A stretch of 64,000 nt of DNA from Raja brachyura (lineage: Eukaryota), in assembly GCA_963514005.1 (NCBI GenBank), contig OY740792.1:35960001-36024000 (forward strand), written 5' to 3'. The translations under genes were made by a program, and so were the position numbers. Positions 38,183 to 51,562 of the stretch are shown piece after piece. The first letter of the stretch is position 1, and the number at the start of each line of letters is the position of its first letter. Below the pieces are notes generated by a model. It was not told the origin of the DNA. It ran no database searches and worked only from the letters and a program-made list of their open reading frames with translations.

Positions 38183-38710
38183 AGCAGAGCAGACTCAATG
38201 GGCCAAATGGCCTAATTCTGTTCCTGTGTCTTATGATCTTATGATGAATAAAATGGAAAAGCTGATGAATACACACTTTTCATGCAGTGTGTGGCTCAAT
38301 ATCGGGTACACTTTCAAGTCACTTTGTCTTGGGTGGTTGAGAGAATGTGCGGTGATTGATGCCATGGTGTTGCAGAACAAACAGGCGAAAGAGTATCAAA
38401 AGTAGCTGTTATTGAATCCCACGCTACTGGGTTTTGTACTCGACAAAGAATGAGTTCATTTTTTGATGACCAAAAGAAATGTGAAACTGAAGTACAGGTT
38501 TTAAATTGCACACCTCTATGAACTGCCCTGGGGCACTTTCCCCCCCACAAAAAAACATTAACAATGCTGTAGAACTGCCAACTCCAATAGCTGCACATCT
38601 GTCACCTGCTGTAACTTGCATTTATCTAGCACCTCAAACACTGAAAGTTGCCCTGAGGAATTTCACAGAAGTATAATGTTGGTGTATATAGCTTTATAGG
38701 ACGTTGGTTC

Positions 38711-39279
38711 GTTCATAAGTTTATAGGATCAGAATTAGGTCATTCGGTACATCAAGTCTATTCCACCATTCAATCATGGCTGATCTATCTTTCCCTCACA
38801 ACTCTATTCTCCTACCTTCTCCACATAACCCCTAACACCCTTATAAATCAAAAATACATCAATCTCCGCCTTAAAAATATTCATTGACTTGGTCTCCACA
38901 GCCTTCTTTGGCGATGGATTCCACAGATTCACCACTCTCTGACTAAAGAAATTCTATCCCATCTCCATTCCAAAGGTGCATGTTTTTTATTCTGTGTGTA
39001 TGACCTCTGGTCCTAGACTTTCCCACTAGTGGAAACATCCTCTGCACATTCACTCTATCCAGGCCTTTCACTATTCGGTAAATTTCAATGCGATTTTCCC
39101 CTCATCCTTTTAGTTCCAGCGAGTACAGGCCCAGTGCCGTAAATGCTTATCATATGTTAAACAAATCATTCCTGGGGTCATTCTCTTAAGCTTTGGACCC
39201 TTTCCAATGCCAGCACATCCTTCCTCAGATATGGGGCACAAAACTGCTCACAATACTCCAAATGCGGTCTGATCTGTGA
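38711..39279 (-). mobile_element. CR1-clade LINE fragment, host of DIRS copy 2. Other CR1 fragments at about 2010-2420, 3360-3860, 8960-9300, 13255-13685, 14005-14460, 15680-16010, 17745-18228, 37780-38245, 44355-44795, 48670-49010.
   Basis: Reverse complement of the CR1 RT C-terminus and 3' UTR (RVVNLWN..P). Confidence 0.85.
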
Positions 39280-41774
39280 TTTTACTTCAGAGTCACGTGA
39301 GTGACTTCGTGAAGACCCCGCCAGGCACGCATGCGCGATATATCGTCGACCGCATGCGAGCGACAGGCAGGGAGGAGCGTTGCTCCTCTACTGCAGGGAC
39401 CTGCAGGTAAGGAAAAAACTAACCTGCAGTCTTTTTCTTCCAGGTGACCCTGTCGCAGGGTCTCTAGGCCGCCTCGTATCTGACTGCCGCGGCAGTCAGC
39501 GGCGGCACCAACCATCTGGAGTCGGGCAGCCCGTTGACCAGGAAGGTCCGGGCTCACACACTCGCCGGCGGAGGACGGCAGAGGCAGCCCGACTCTACAC
39601 CGCAGCCCGCAGGGGATGCCGCGGGCTGGCGGCATGCAAAGGAGTGGGGCTTGCCAGCTCGCCGTCAGAAGTTCACAACGGCAGAGGACACCGCGGGCTG
39701 GCGGCGTGCATGTAGGAGTGGGGCTTGCAGGCTCGCCGTGTGCAGTAAACGGCGGCAGAGCAGCAGCCCAACTCTACACTGCAGCCCGCAGAGGACACTG
39801 CGGGCTGCTGGCATTCAGGAAGGAGGGGGCTTGCAAGCAAAGGCAGAGTGGCAGCTCGACTCTACACCGCAGCCGCAGGGATACTGTGGCCTGTCTGCAT
39901 TAAAGGGAATGGTGTTCTCCACTCAGTTTAAGTGAGTGGCTAGGGGCAACCCAGAAATGCCAGTGCCTCTCCTGCATGGTTTGAGGGACTGTGCCCACAC
40001 TCATGGCAAAGACAGCTGCCATGCTACTCCAGGGAATGTGTTGTCTTCAAGAAGTTGAAACTGCCAGCACAAAAAGTTATTAAATCATGAGAGGCTGTTC
40101 ACCATACTTCTTAAAGAGCCTCAGGTAAGATACTAACCTTGAATAGCTAAGTACTAGAGTTTACTTACAGATGGATGGAGACCAGAGTGAAGGCAGCGAA
40201 GCATGCCTCCAAGGGCCATGCAACTTCAGATGGGAGTCAGCGGCCACCATTCTAGGAGCTGCTCATAACACCGGCAGTACCCGCTCTGCGGACCGGGATA
40301 AGAACGCGGAGATCGGGGAGCCCTGCGCAGCCAGGACCCGTCTCTCCACCACAGCTGACCATGGGGCCGGAAAGTGGTGGAGCACCGCGTGGGAGCAGGG
40401 TAGGCAAGACCCTGACTCCCTACCACTGTCACCTAAGCATAGCGACAGTGGAGCAAAGGTGCGTAAACGTGTGACCCGCTCGGCGGCTCATTCTGTCTCC
40501 CCTACTATGCAGGTCACAGAGCAGGGGGAGAGCTGCGCACAGGTCATGCCCCGCTCCAGCGGGAGGCATCGACATACCACCGGGGGTAACCTGCTAGATT
40601 GCGGGCCGGTGATGGATCTGCTGGAAGTCGGGGAGCCCTGCAGGAGCATGAGGTACCGTCATAGCACCGGAACAGGCTGCCGGAGCGCAGACCAGTGGCA
40701 GCAGTTTTCGGCCAGGCCCCCCAGTTGTGACGGGTAAAGCCAGCTATGCGCCGTCACGGACCCATGTGGTCAAGGGTGACGGCAAGCCTGCACGGACAGC
40801 GGAGCCGGTAATGGGGACCGGTACCGATTCATTCCCTCTGCCTCCCCACCAGGCATAGGTGCCGCTTATGTCCAAACGACGGCGGATTAGCGGTACGTCC
40901 GTGCGGGAGTCGTACAGCCCCGCAGGAGCGGCTGCTGACGACGACTTACCAGCGCACTTCGTGGAGGTGCGACCTACTGGTATAAGCCCCAGTGTCTCAG
41001 GAGAGCCTGGGGAAGTCGACCGGTTGTCCGCGTGTAGCGGCAGCGGTCGCATGGCTAGGATGGAGCTAATGGTGGAGCAACTATATCAGCGGGACCTGGA
41101 TCGGCAAGAGCGGCAGTCTCAGCGGTCTGGGAGTCGGATCATGCCGCCACCTTCAATCTCACCTTCATCTATCGGCAGTGCTAGGAGTCAACAGATGGCC
41201 GATTTGACGAAGAAGCGGCAGCAGAAGAGCCCACTGCTCTAGATCCAGAAGAAGAAATGCTGGAGGTAGTGTCGAAATTTCCGAAGCCTGTATCGTCAGG
41301 GGAACCGCTGCACCCTACACTGGCAGTAAGTATCAATTTCCTGGAAATTGTGTTACCCTGAACATCCCGACGGTCAACTCAGCCATCTGAGGGAACATCA
41401 GGTCCAGTGCGAGGGCACAAGAGGTTAAGATGCAGAAAATTCTGAAGCTGTTGACGTCGGACATCACGGCGCTCGCCAGGACCCTCGATGGGGCAGGTGT
41501 ATCCGCAGAGCAGCAGGATGCTCTAGCCCTCCTGTGTAGCACACTTCGAAATAAACTGTTTTAGTCAGAGCTCCATCCGGCCTGACCTTAACCCTACATT
41601 TGCTGGGTTGGGTCGTACCTCCACCACACCACCACCAAGACAGCTGTTTGGGGAGGACCTGCCCAAGCAGGTCAAAGAACTTGATGAGGAAGCCAAAACC
41701 GTGGGGCTGATGAAACCAAGTCATCGTCAAGGGTGCAGATTTACCGAAGACAGCGTTATCCTCCCTCCAAACCT

Positions 41775-41816
<42 letters not shown>

Positions 41817-44349
41817 CCGGAAGACCATCGAGAACATATCCGCCACCAGCTCCCCAACAGCAGAAGCCTTGTTTAGGGCAGGGCCAGCATAGACTACCTC
41901 ACCACACACCAATTGCTGGAACAGGGATTTACCGAGGCGATCGAGCAGCACCCAGCAACAACGGAACACCAGAAACCAGAACATCAGGCCCACCGGTAAC
42001 CATGGATGTAAGGGGGTCTGGTTCTCTTGGAAGTACTGCATGCATAACCTCATAAGTAGGAGGGAGGTTACATACATTCTGAGGCTCTGTTTGTCACTAT
42101 CCCAGGGAACAGAGTAATAGACATAATAGGCACATGTAACAGCCTTGCTTGCGCTAGGGAACCGACTTTAGACATGCTGCTAAGGTAATTGGTAAATTTG
42201 TAGCTACATTCCAGCCACATAATTAGACATCCATCCGTTATGCTATCAAAGCTTGGGAAAAAGCAAAAGTCTCGGCATTAAAAGCGAATGCTGGACATTT
42301 ACGAGCCTATGCAGCTGCCAATCGAAGCATAAATTGAGCTACAATTGTGGATTAGCAATGGTTGTGATTGTTAAATCCCATCATTACATCAAACCCATTA
42401 GTCGCGTTACAAATCGACGCAAGCGCCAAGGGCTGGGGAACTACCGACACCATTCCAGTTGGGGCGGTAGATGGGATTTGCATGAGTCTACTTCTCTTCA
42501 ATCACAAGGAATAAACTGTTTAGAAATGCTGGGAGCATGTCAAGGAGTGCGGGCTTAATCTGTAGCATATGTATGTTCGTCTTCAAAATGATACCACTGA
42601 GGTGGCATATTTAAACCTTATGGGTGGTATCAAGTCAATATCTTGTGATGAATTGGAAACATTAATTTGGCTCTGGTGGATTGAAAGAAATATTTGGGTT
42701 CAGCTACGTACCTTCTGGTTAAGCTAGTGGCAGACACCAGGTCACAAGTATTTAATAACAACATCAAGTGGATTTGAACCTCCAAGTATTTGCTAAAATT
42801 ATAGCCTAATATGGAACACCAGATATCAACCTCCTTGCGTCCAGGTTGAGCCATTGGATACCAACATATGTCTCTTGAGAACCAGATCCTGGGGCAGTGG
42901 CGATGGACGCGTTCTCACTACATTGGGGGGTGGGGGGGGGGGGGGGGTGGAAATGCGGGTTTTCTATGCTTTCCCCATTCTGCTTCATCAGACAGGTGCT
43001 GCAGGAAACGCAACCAGGCTCTGCAACATAAAGGACCATGAACGTCAAACAGCATCATGCAGAGTCCACTAGGAAGCAGTACCTCACCTACATAAGGATA
43101 TGGGAGGTTTTCTGTAGTCGGACCTAGACCATCTACATATCTGCTAAGATCTCCAAGGTGCTGGAATCCTCACGGATCTTCATTATGATGAGTCCCTCAG
43201 TTGCTGTCTGTACACAGTGCCAGGAGTGCACTGTCATCCTATCTCAAGATTGGAGTGGGATCTCACCAGCTGGTATCCAAACTATGAGGGGTATGGTCTA
43301 TCCATCCCTCCCCGACCATGATATTATATTACCTGAGATTGGAGGTAGTGTTGACCCTACTCAGGAGCTGGTCGCCTATGAAGGATTTACCACTGGACTT
43401 ACCTTCAAAGTGGTGATGGTAATGGCACTGAACACAGCACAACGGGTCAAGACTCTACAGGAATTAAACCTGGATAGAATGACCGGCCCATAATAAAGTA
43501 ACTTCTTTATAGAAGAGTTGCTTAAACTACACAGACCTGGGACTACAGGTCTGAAAATGAGCATCAGGTATATGGAGGTCTGTTTCAGCCATGGAAACCC
43601 ATGTCACAGGGTGATCGTGCAGACTATCTCCAGATGACTCAAGGTGGTATTCGATGCAGCAGGTAAGACACTAACATTTTAAATGTCATTCTACCAGGGC
43701 TGCATCCACATCTGTGGCAAGGACCATGGCGGTGTTCATGGATTATGGCATCGCAATAGTGAGCTGGGCCAGTGAATCTACATTTCAGCGGGTTTATAAC
43801 TGACTTATAACAACTCCCGCAACGTTGGCGGATTAAGTTTTAAGTGCTGTTCCCTAAACGTTTGTCCCCGAGTTCAGGGGGTTATTGTTGTATTAACAAA
43901 TGTTATTATTTTTCAGCTTGTTCAAGTCTGAAATACGTTAACATACTTCCTCCATCAGAATTATGGCAGTGTGAGCATGGACGAGGTCCAGGGCATGTAA
44001 TCACAGAGCTTTGAAATCTTCACGAAGTCACTCACGTGACTCCGAAGTAAAATAGTAAGATTAAACAAGAACTTACCAGTTTGAAGTTTGATCTTTATTT
44101 TATGAGGAGTTACGATGAGGGATTTCGTGCCCTCCGCTCCCAACCCTCTATCATAATTTCAACTGGTATGTTAGTTCTCTTAAATCTTACTATCTTCAGT
44201 CATTGTTGTTATCTGTGATTCCACACCGCTGCTTTGAAGAATGTCGCGCATGCGTGCCTGGCGGGGTCTTCACGAAATCCCTCATCGTAACTCCTCATAA
44301 AATAAAGATCAAACTTCAAACTGGTAAGCTCTTGTTTAATCTTACTATT
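39280..44349 (+). mobile_element. DIRS1-type retrotransposon, copy 2 (both termini present; most of RT deleted; heavily decayed), in the last intron of the Ig gene, antisense
   Basis: Left ITR 39306-39341, right ITR 44241-44276, ICR 44017-44129. Remnants of gag (MARMELMVEQLYQRD, LFGEDLPKQVKELDEE), RNase H/MT, and YR (TAQRVKTL; CHSTRAAS at ~43684). Confidence 0.93.
41776..41813. repeat. Poly-G tract inside the DIRS copy 2 gag
   Basis: ~38 consecutive G. Confidence 0.9.
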
Positions 44350-46100
44350 ATAAAGGTTAGGCTGCGTTTGGAGTATTGTGTGTAGTTGTGTTCGCCACAT
44401 TATAGGAAGCATGTGGGGTCTTTGGAGAGGGAGCAGAAGAGATTTACAAGAATGCTTCTTGGGTGAATACCTTAGTTATGTGGGGTTATATGGAGAAGTT
44501 GGACGGTTATCAAAGACTAGAGGGCATAGCTTTAAGGTGAGAGGAGCAAAATTTAAATGAGATGTACGGGGCAAGCATTTATTTTCAGAGTGGTGGGTAT
44601 CAGGAACGCTACCAGGGGTGGTGGTGGAGGCAGATATGATAGTGGTGTTTAAGATACTTTTAGATAGGAACATGGATGTGCAGAGAATTAAGGGGTACGA
44701 TCAGATGCAAGCAGAGGAGTTTAGTTTTACATCACACCCTGTTTGGCACATACATTGTGGGTCGAGGCACCTGTTTCTGCACTGTTCCATGTTCTATAAA
44801 AGTGTGCCAAAGCTACAAGATGTGTCTGAACTCGCATACCAATTTTGTTCCAAGATAAATTTAATATAAATCACATTTATGTTTAGACATAAAAAACAGA
44901 TATTTGGTTAGAATTCATTATGCCTTGGTGGTACAAAATGCTAAAATAAACTTTTGACTCTCAGATTAAGTCATTTTTTATGCACCAATGGGACAAGTTC
45001 AGATACAACGAGACAAATTCAGAAGTAATATATTTTTAATATATTATATAATATATATTTAATATAATATATTAATTATTTTGCAGCCGGATTTCATTGG
45101 ATTCCATTCAATAGTGTTGTAGCTCTATAATAGCTCCCTTATCTCTCGGCCAGATGATTGTGATTTTCAAACCCCACTCCAAGGACCCTGGTCGCATAAT
45201 GCTGCTGACACTTCACTGCAGCTCTAAGGAAACTCTGATGGGTTATTTCCAGAGAGCATTTCAAAATCAGCAAGTCAGTCACTCACACATGGAAGAAGCA
45301 GGTGTTCAATGACCTTTTAAATGTCTAAATCTTTTCATGTTCCCCATAAATCTTTGAGGGCCATAATTTAGTTTTTGAGATGCAGCGTGGAAACAGGGTC
45401 TTTGGCTCATCGAGTCCGCGCCGACCACCAATCACCCCCTACACTAGTTCTATGTTATCCCATTTTCACATTATCCCATCTACACATGTGGGGCAATTTA
45501 CAGAAGACAATTAATCTACAAACCCGCATGCCTTAGGAATGTGGGAGGAAACCGGAGCACCCGGAGGAAACCCACATGATCACAGGGAGCATATGCAAAT
45601 GTCACACAGACAGCACCCAAGGTCAGAAAGTTTACAATTTTACCAAAGCCAATTAACTTACAAACCTGTATGTCTTTGAGAGTGGGAAGAAACCAGAGCA
45701 TCCAGAAAAAAACCCACGCAGAGGTGACACACGGAGAACGAACAAACTCCGTACAGACAGCACCTGCAATCAGGATCGAACCCGGGTCTCTGATGCTGTA
45801 AGGCAGCAACTCTAACACTGTACCAATGTGTTGCCCCAAGATAGGTAAATTGATTTGCAGGAATATGGATCATGTGGGCAGAGGAGATTAGTTAATTTTG
45901 ACATCATGTTTGGCATGGACATTGTGGACTGTACCGTTCTATGTTCCATGTTCTATTTTTCCTATTCCATTAATTAAGAACAGTGTTGGGAAAATCTCTA
46001 AACACAGTGTGTGGTTGGAATCATGTTCTGTATGAGCTTCACTGGACACAATGGGTCAGATAGCAACCTGTGATCATTCTCTATTTCTATGATAAATTAC

Positions 46101-46523
46101 CTTTGCTTTGAACAGTGACAGTAAGCAGCCCAGACTCATCCTCTCCGAGTTTGTACCAGATGTTGTTGGCATTTTGAATCCACTCCTCTACGTTGCAGTA
46201 GTAATTCCCTGTGTCACCTCTGCCTGAATTATGTATCGTCAGAGTGTACAATCCGTTGGATGGCCTCTCGAACTGCAATCTGTCCTTCATGCTTTTAGCC
46301 CTCTCCGTCAAGGTATCGAAACCAAATACCGAATTGTGATCAACTTTCAGAATCGTCTCCTTGACGATCCCATCAATGTCCTCTTTGACCTTCCAAGCAA
46401 ACCAGTTTACAGCAAATCGAGAGTTATCTTGAGTTTGTTGGGTCACATTACAGCTGAGCTGGAACAGGTCCTTCTCTGAGACAGTAATATTCAATTCTGT
46501 TTTATCCAATTGCATTTTAAATT
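46101..46523 (-). CDS. EWI-family Ig gene, V-type Ig exon C (contains a literal EWI motif)
   Basis: aacag|AA acceptor, G|GTAATT donor; 423 nt, phase 1-1; LSC..W..DTGNYYCNVEEWI. Confidence 0.9.
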
Positions 46524-49146
46524 CTGTTTGTGAAATCAAAAATAAAGAGACAGCATATTTTAATGTTCAATGTTTGGAAAGCTGAAAAAGACAGTTTGCC
46601 CTCTATCCATCTTTAAAATAACACGACCAATCTTGAGCTGCCTCGCGAATGTCATGTCCTAAGGTCACACTACTGTGGTGCTCTGAGTTCTGAATCTGGC
46701 TTCCCACTGTGACTAAAGGCTCATTGAATTCACTCTAACGTTGACATCGTCTCCCTCAAGCAAAGACTGAAACAAGTCCCATCATATCAAACAGCTCTGG
46801 CCACGTCAAGCAACCAAGGATAAAAAAACGACTGATGTACCAAAGGCACCAAGTGAATCGGACTCTTGTTGTGGATCCTAGGTGTCCTAGCCAATTAGTA
46901 TACTTACTAATGTACTGCCTATCAAAAGATGGTTGTCAGAAATTACAACAAGATCTTGATCAGCTGGGCAAGTGTGCAGAGGAATGGCTAATTAAGTTTA
47001 TTGCAGATCAGTGGGAAGTCAAAGCGGCTCAGAATTTTAACAGTGAATGGTAAGACCATGGGGAATATTGTAGAGCAGAGTGCAGATACATAGTTCCCTC
47101 AAAGTGGCGTAACAAGTGGATGAGGTGTTAAAGAAGGCTTTTGATGCATTTGCCTTCATCAGTCAGGATACTGAGTATAGAAGTTGGGACAAATGAAGAC
47201 ATAAAGTGCTGGAATAACAGCGGATCAGGCAGCCTCTGCAGAATATGGATATGTGAAATTTCTGGCCGGGGTCCTTCTTCAGATAGCCAATATTTAGCCT
47301 TTCTTAAGGACAAGCTTCTCTACTTAAGTGCGCAAATTGTATTTAACATTCATAATCTCAGTCACTATCCCTGACATAGAATCAAAGAGTAATTAATACA
47401 GCATGGAAATATACCCTTCGGCCCAACTTGTTTGTGTTACCTAACCAAGCTATTCCCACTTCATTAGAGAATATTGCAGTTAAGTACTCTATTCCTCTCG
47501 TGCCTCATTGCACCCAAACGAGCAATGTCTACACTAACCTTCCCTTCCAGGTATACATCCATGTCCCAGTCCCCTGTTAGAAAAGTGTAAACCCGTCCCA
47601 TCTGCAGTGGCAAACTCACCACAAGGATATTGGGCCATTCTGGTTCAGATGCACAGGTGCAGTTTGCAAAGGTCCACAGTAGACCTGCAGATGCTGGAAT
47701 CTTACGTGGAGTATAAAGTGGTGATGTATCTCAACGGGTCAGCCAGTACTTCTGAAGGGTGTGGATAGGTAATGTTTAGGTTGGGGGCCCTTCTTTGAAT
47801 ATGAAGAAGGGTCCTTTTGGCCCTACATGCGCATGCCGACCAACATGCCACTAGTCCCACCAGCCTGCGTTTGGCCCATATCCCTCTAAACTTTCCTTTC
47901 CATGTACCTGTCCAAATGTCTTTTAAATGTTGTTATAGAATCATTAAATGTTGCAGCGCTTGTGTGATATTTCAATTTAATTACTAAAAAACAAAGTCAG
48001 ATTCTGATTCAGTCAATATTAACATCGGTAGTGTTAATGAGTATTTAAAGAGATTGCCTCTGGCAGGACAACACTAAAACATTAGATTTGATTGCTTGGC
48101 TTTGTACATTTAATATCATCTGTGCTTTGCAAGATGACCCCTGTAGCTGATGCCAAATTTACTGTAGACAGCTGGCTGGCCACACTACTGTTTTATACTT
48201 TATCCACACTCCACCTCACTCGTGTGTGTATGTTCACAGACAAAGTAAACCATTTCTTTAGTATAATTTAGTGATACAGCGCAGAAACAGGCTCTTCGGC
48301 CCATCGAGTCCACACCGGCCAGCAATCCCCATACACTGCCACTATCCTACCACTTGGGACAAATTACCAAAGTCAATTAACCTACAAACCTGTACATCTT
48401 TGAAGTGTGGGAGGAAACCAGAATACCCAGAGAAAACTCACATGGTCACAGGGAGAGCGTTCAAATTCCCTTGAGACAGCATCCGAGGGCAAGATCGAAC
48501 CCAGGTCTCTGGCGCTGTGAGGCAGCAATTCTACCGCTGCACAACTGTGCCACCTGTGATACCAATATTGTGCCAAAGGACCTGATTGCATGCTATATGA
48601 ATCTATGATTGAGTCAATAATGAGAAACATTTCCCACTAAGTGGATAACCAACATTCATTGATTTTGACAGGTTATATATGGATGATCTCAAAGATGTGT
48701 ATTAATTGTGGACAATAGATATGGTGAATGCACAGTCATTTACCCAGAGTAGGTGAATCAAAAACAAGAGAGCATAGGTTTAAGGTAAGAGAGGGAAGAT
48801 TTAATAGGAAATCTAAACAAGCTGCCAGGGGAGGTAGTTGAGGCAGGTACTGTAACAACATTTAAAAGACACTTGGACAGTTACATGGACAGGAAAGGTT
48901 GAGAGGAATATGGGCCAAATGAGGGCAAATAGGAACTCACTTGGATGGGGCATATAGACCAGTGTGGACGATTTGGGGTGTTTCGGTGCTGTGTGACTCT
49001 ACGATTCCATGACTATTTGTTAGTAAAAGCTAATTGAACCATACAACTATGAGTTAAACGTTTTTCCAAAGTGGTGACTTGATGATTTAGCATCTCACGG
49101 TAATGGGAAGCACACATTTCCCCACACTGAAACAACTCTACTGTAC

Positions 49147-49557
49147 CTGGTTGCTGCACGGTGACAGTTGTTAATCCAGACCGATCCTCTCCTAGTTTGT
49201 ACCACATATTATTGGGATCGACTGTCCACTCCTCCACATAACAGTAGTAGCTGCCAGTGTCAGAGATGGTGGCCTTCTGAAGTATCAAACTGTACAAATC
49301 GTTGGTAGGTTTCTCATACTGCAGTCTATTCCTCAGTCTCATCCTGTTGTCCATTGAGCTACCATACTGAAAAACAGAATTCCGGTTCAGGCTGAAAATG
49401 GGATATTTGTCTGTATCCAGGGAATTCTGTGCAAACCACACCACTGAGAGTTGGGAGTCCAAGTTGGTTCTGTTGCTGATCTTGCAATCCAATCGAATCT
49501 GACCGTTCTCTGGCACGGAAATAGCCCTTTCCGTCTTCACTGTCTGCAAATTGTTAT
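49147..49557 (-). CDS. EWI-family Ig gene, V-type Ig exon B
   Basis: cacag|AT acceptor, G|GTACAG donor; 411 nt, phase 1-1; LDC..W..DTGSYYCYVEEW. Confidence 0.9.
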
Positions 49558-51439
49558 CTGTGAGAGGTTACAGAAAATTTTAATTTAATTAATAGGAAGT
49601 TTGATTGCTCAAGTTTTATTATTATTCAATCTGGTGGGAAATTCTGCAAATGATGCTGGGCAGGCTAAGTGGAAAATTAGACTTCCTCAGCATCCAGCTA
49701 GGTTTGGATTAGTTGTGTTTGGTTTAGGTGAAGCCCATCAACGCATCTAGTTTGTGGAGCTTTGGTATGTCGATGAATGCATTCTTGGACTTATAAAGGT
49801 GTACAGTAGGGAGTATATTGACTGATTGTGTCACAGCCTGTTTCAGCAATTCGAACGCCCAGGAACAAAAGAGGTTACAAATGGGGTGGACACTGCCTTG
49901 TCCATCACGGGTACTGACCTCCACACCATCAAAGGGATCTATAGGAGGGGCTGCTTCAAAAAGGCAGCCAGCTTCATCAAGGACCCACACCATCAGGAAG
50001 AAGGTACTGGAGCTTGAAAACCATGACCTCCAGGTTCAGGAACATCTTCTTTACAGCAACCATCAGGCTCTTGAGCACTACGAATGCCAACTAAACTCCA
50101 AACTACAAACTGCCTTATTTTCACTAGGAACTTCAGGCTTTGTTTTTGTCCTATATTGTTTTGTCTTAATTGACTGATCTTCGTTTTGTTGTTTATTATG
50201 GTATCTATTGAGCAGTATTTGAGCTGCTGCAAGTAAGAATGCCATTGTTCTGTTTTGGGACACATAACAATAAAACATTTTTGACTATTACGGTATTGTA
50301 TTAGTTTATAGCCGAGCTGACCACCAGTATTCATTGTTATACTCAATGTTCTCACTTTGGGGACCTAACAAAAGTGGATGTTGGTTCTTGGTTCAGATGG
50401 AAATATATAAATTTCTTGTCATACACATCAGAGTACAATGTAATTCCTTGTTTGCATGAAGCTCATTAAGTTCACAGTAAAAATAGTAATGATAGAAACA
50501 ACTATAAATAAAATGACAAATGCGGACACGGCAGAACGGTGCAAAGATTGTAGTGCAAGAAGTTAAACAATACTAACATGCAATAGCGGAATGAGGTCGG
50601 GTCAAGAGCAAGTGAATCTGCCAGCACCTCAATGAAAGGGGAGTGGAAGGCTGACGCAAGACCTGCGGGTTTGGAGGTTAAACGGCCTCTGCAAATTGCC
50701 CCCAGTTTTCAGGGAGTGGAGAGAGTTTTGAGGGAGGGAACAGATCTCGTGTGAATGGGTGATCGATGGTCAGCATTGACTCAGTGGGCCGTTTGCAAGT
50801 TGTGTCTTTAAACTAAACTAAGCTACAGACAAAGTATAATCACCCCGAGGCTGAATCATTCAGTTTAGTTGACATGCAAATCAAAAGAGGCAACTGCTCA
50901 CGGCAAGTCCACTCGGGTGTAATGGTCACAAAATTGAAATTGAGCACCAGAGCATTTTCTGGCATATTACAATTCCATTAACACTGCAAATAACTCTGAA
51001 ATCCTTAGATGATAATAACTAGGACTTAAATTGTAATTAGTCGGATTAATCTGATGTCTTCTGCCAGGAAACAAGATCTGCAATAGCTTTTGAATCTTCA
51101 TTTAAGGCAAGAAAAAAGGACAATTTCAGAAGGATGATACAGACCACCACCCATCATGGAGCAAGGCAAGACAAGTGCGCAACACTATCTGCTCTTTTCT
51201 CAATACTAGCAGAGCCATCAGAAATCAATTGTGCAGATTAACGGCAAGTGCAGTAAGAACTCAGTGGGTCAGGCAGCATCTGTGGAGGGAATGGACAGAT
51301 GAAGTTTCAGATCGGGATCTTTGGTCCGACCGAATCATCGCCTGTCCAATTCCCCCTGCAGATGCTGCCCGACCCATTGACTTACTCAGCAGTTTGTATT
51401 TTCTTGTTGGATTATCAAGGTAGATGTGTGGGAGCATCT

Positions 51440-51562
51440 CAGACAATACTCCAAGCCTCAGAGAATACTCCACACCTCAGATAATACTCCACCCCTCAGA
51501 TAATACTCCACCCCTCAGAAAAATACTCCACCCCTCAGAAAAATACTCCAACCCTCAGATAA
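51440..51562. repeat. Minisatellite, ~19-20-bp unit AGA(T/AA)AATACTCCACCCCTC, about 6 copies
   Basis: Directly visible tandem units. Confidence 0.9.

Noticed and set aside
40171-40737. 188-aa ORF as a novel host gene
   Set aside because: It lies inside DIRS copy 2, upstream of recognisable gag remnants; best read as the variable gag N-terminus.
41776-41813. Poly-G tract giving poly-Gly/poly-Pro ORFs; possible G-quadruplex
   Set aside because: Homopolymer expansion in a dead element with no counterpart in copy 1; such run lengths are unreliable in assemblies.
51440-51562. Regularly spaced repeats that might suggest a CRISPR array
   Set aside because: Head-to-tail minisatellite with no unique spacers, in vertebrate DNA, with no cas genes.
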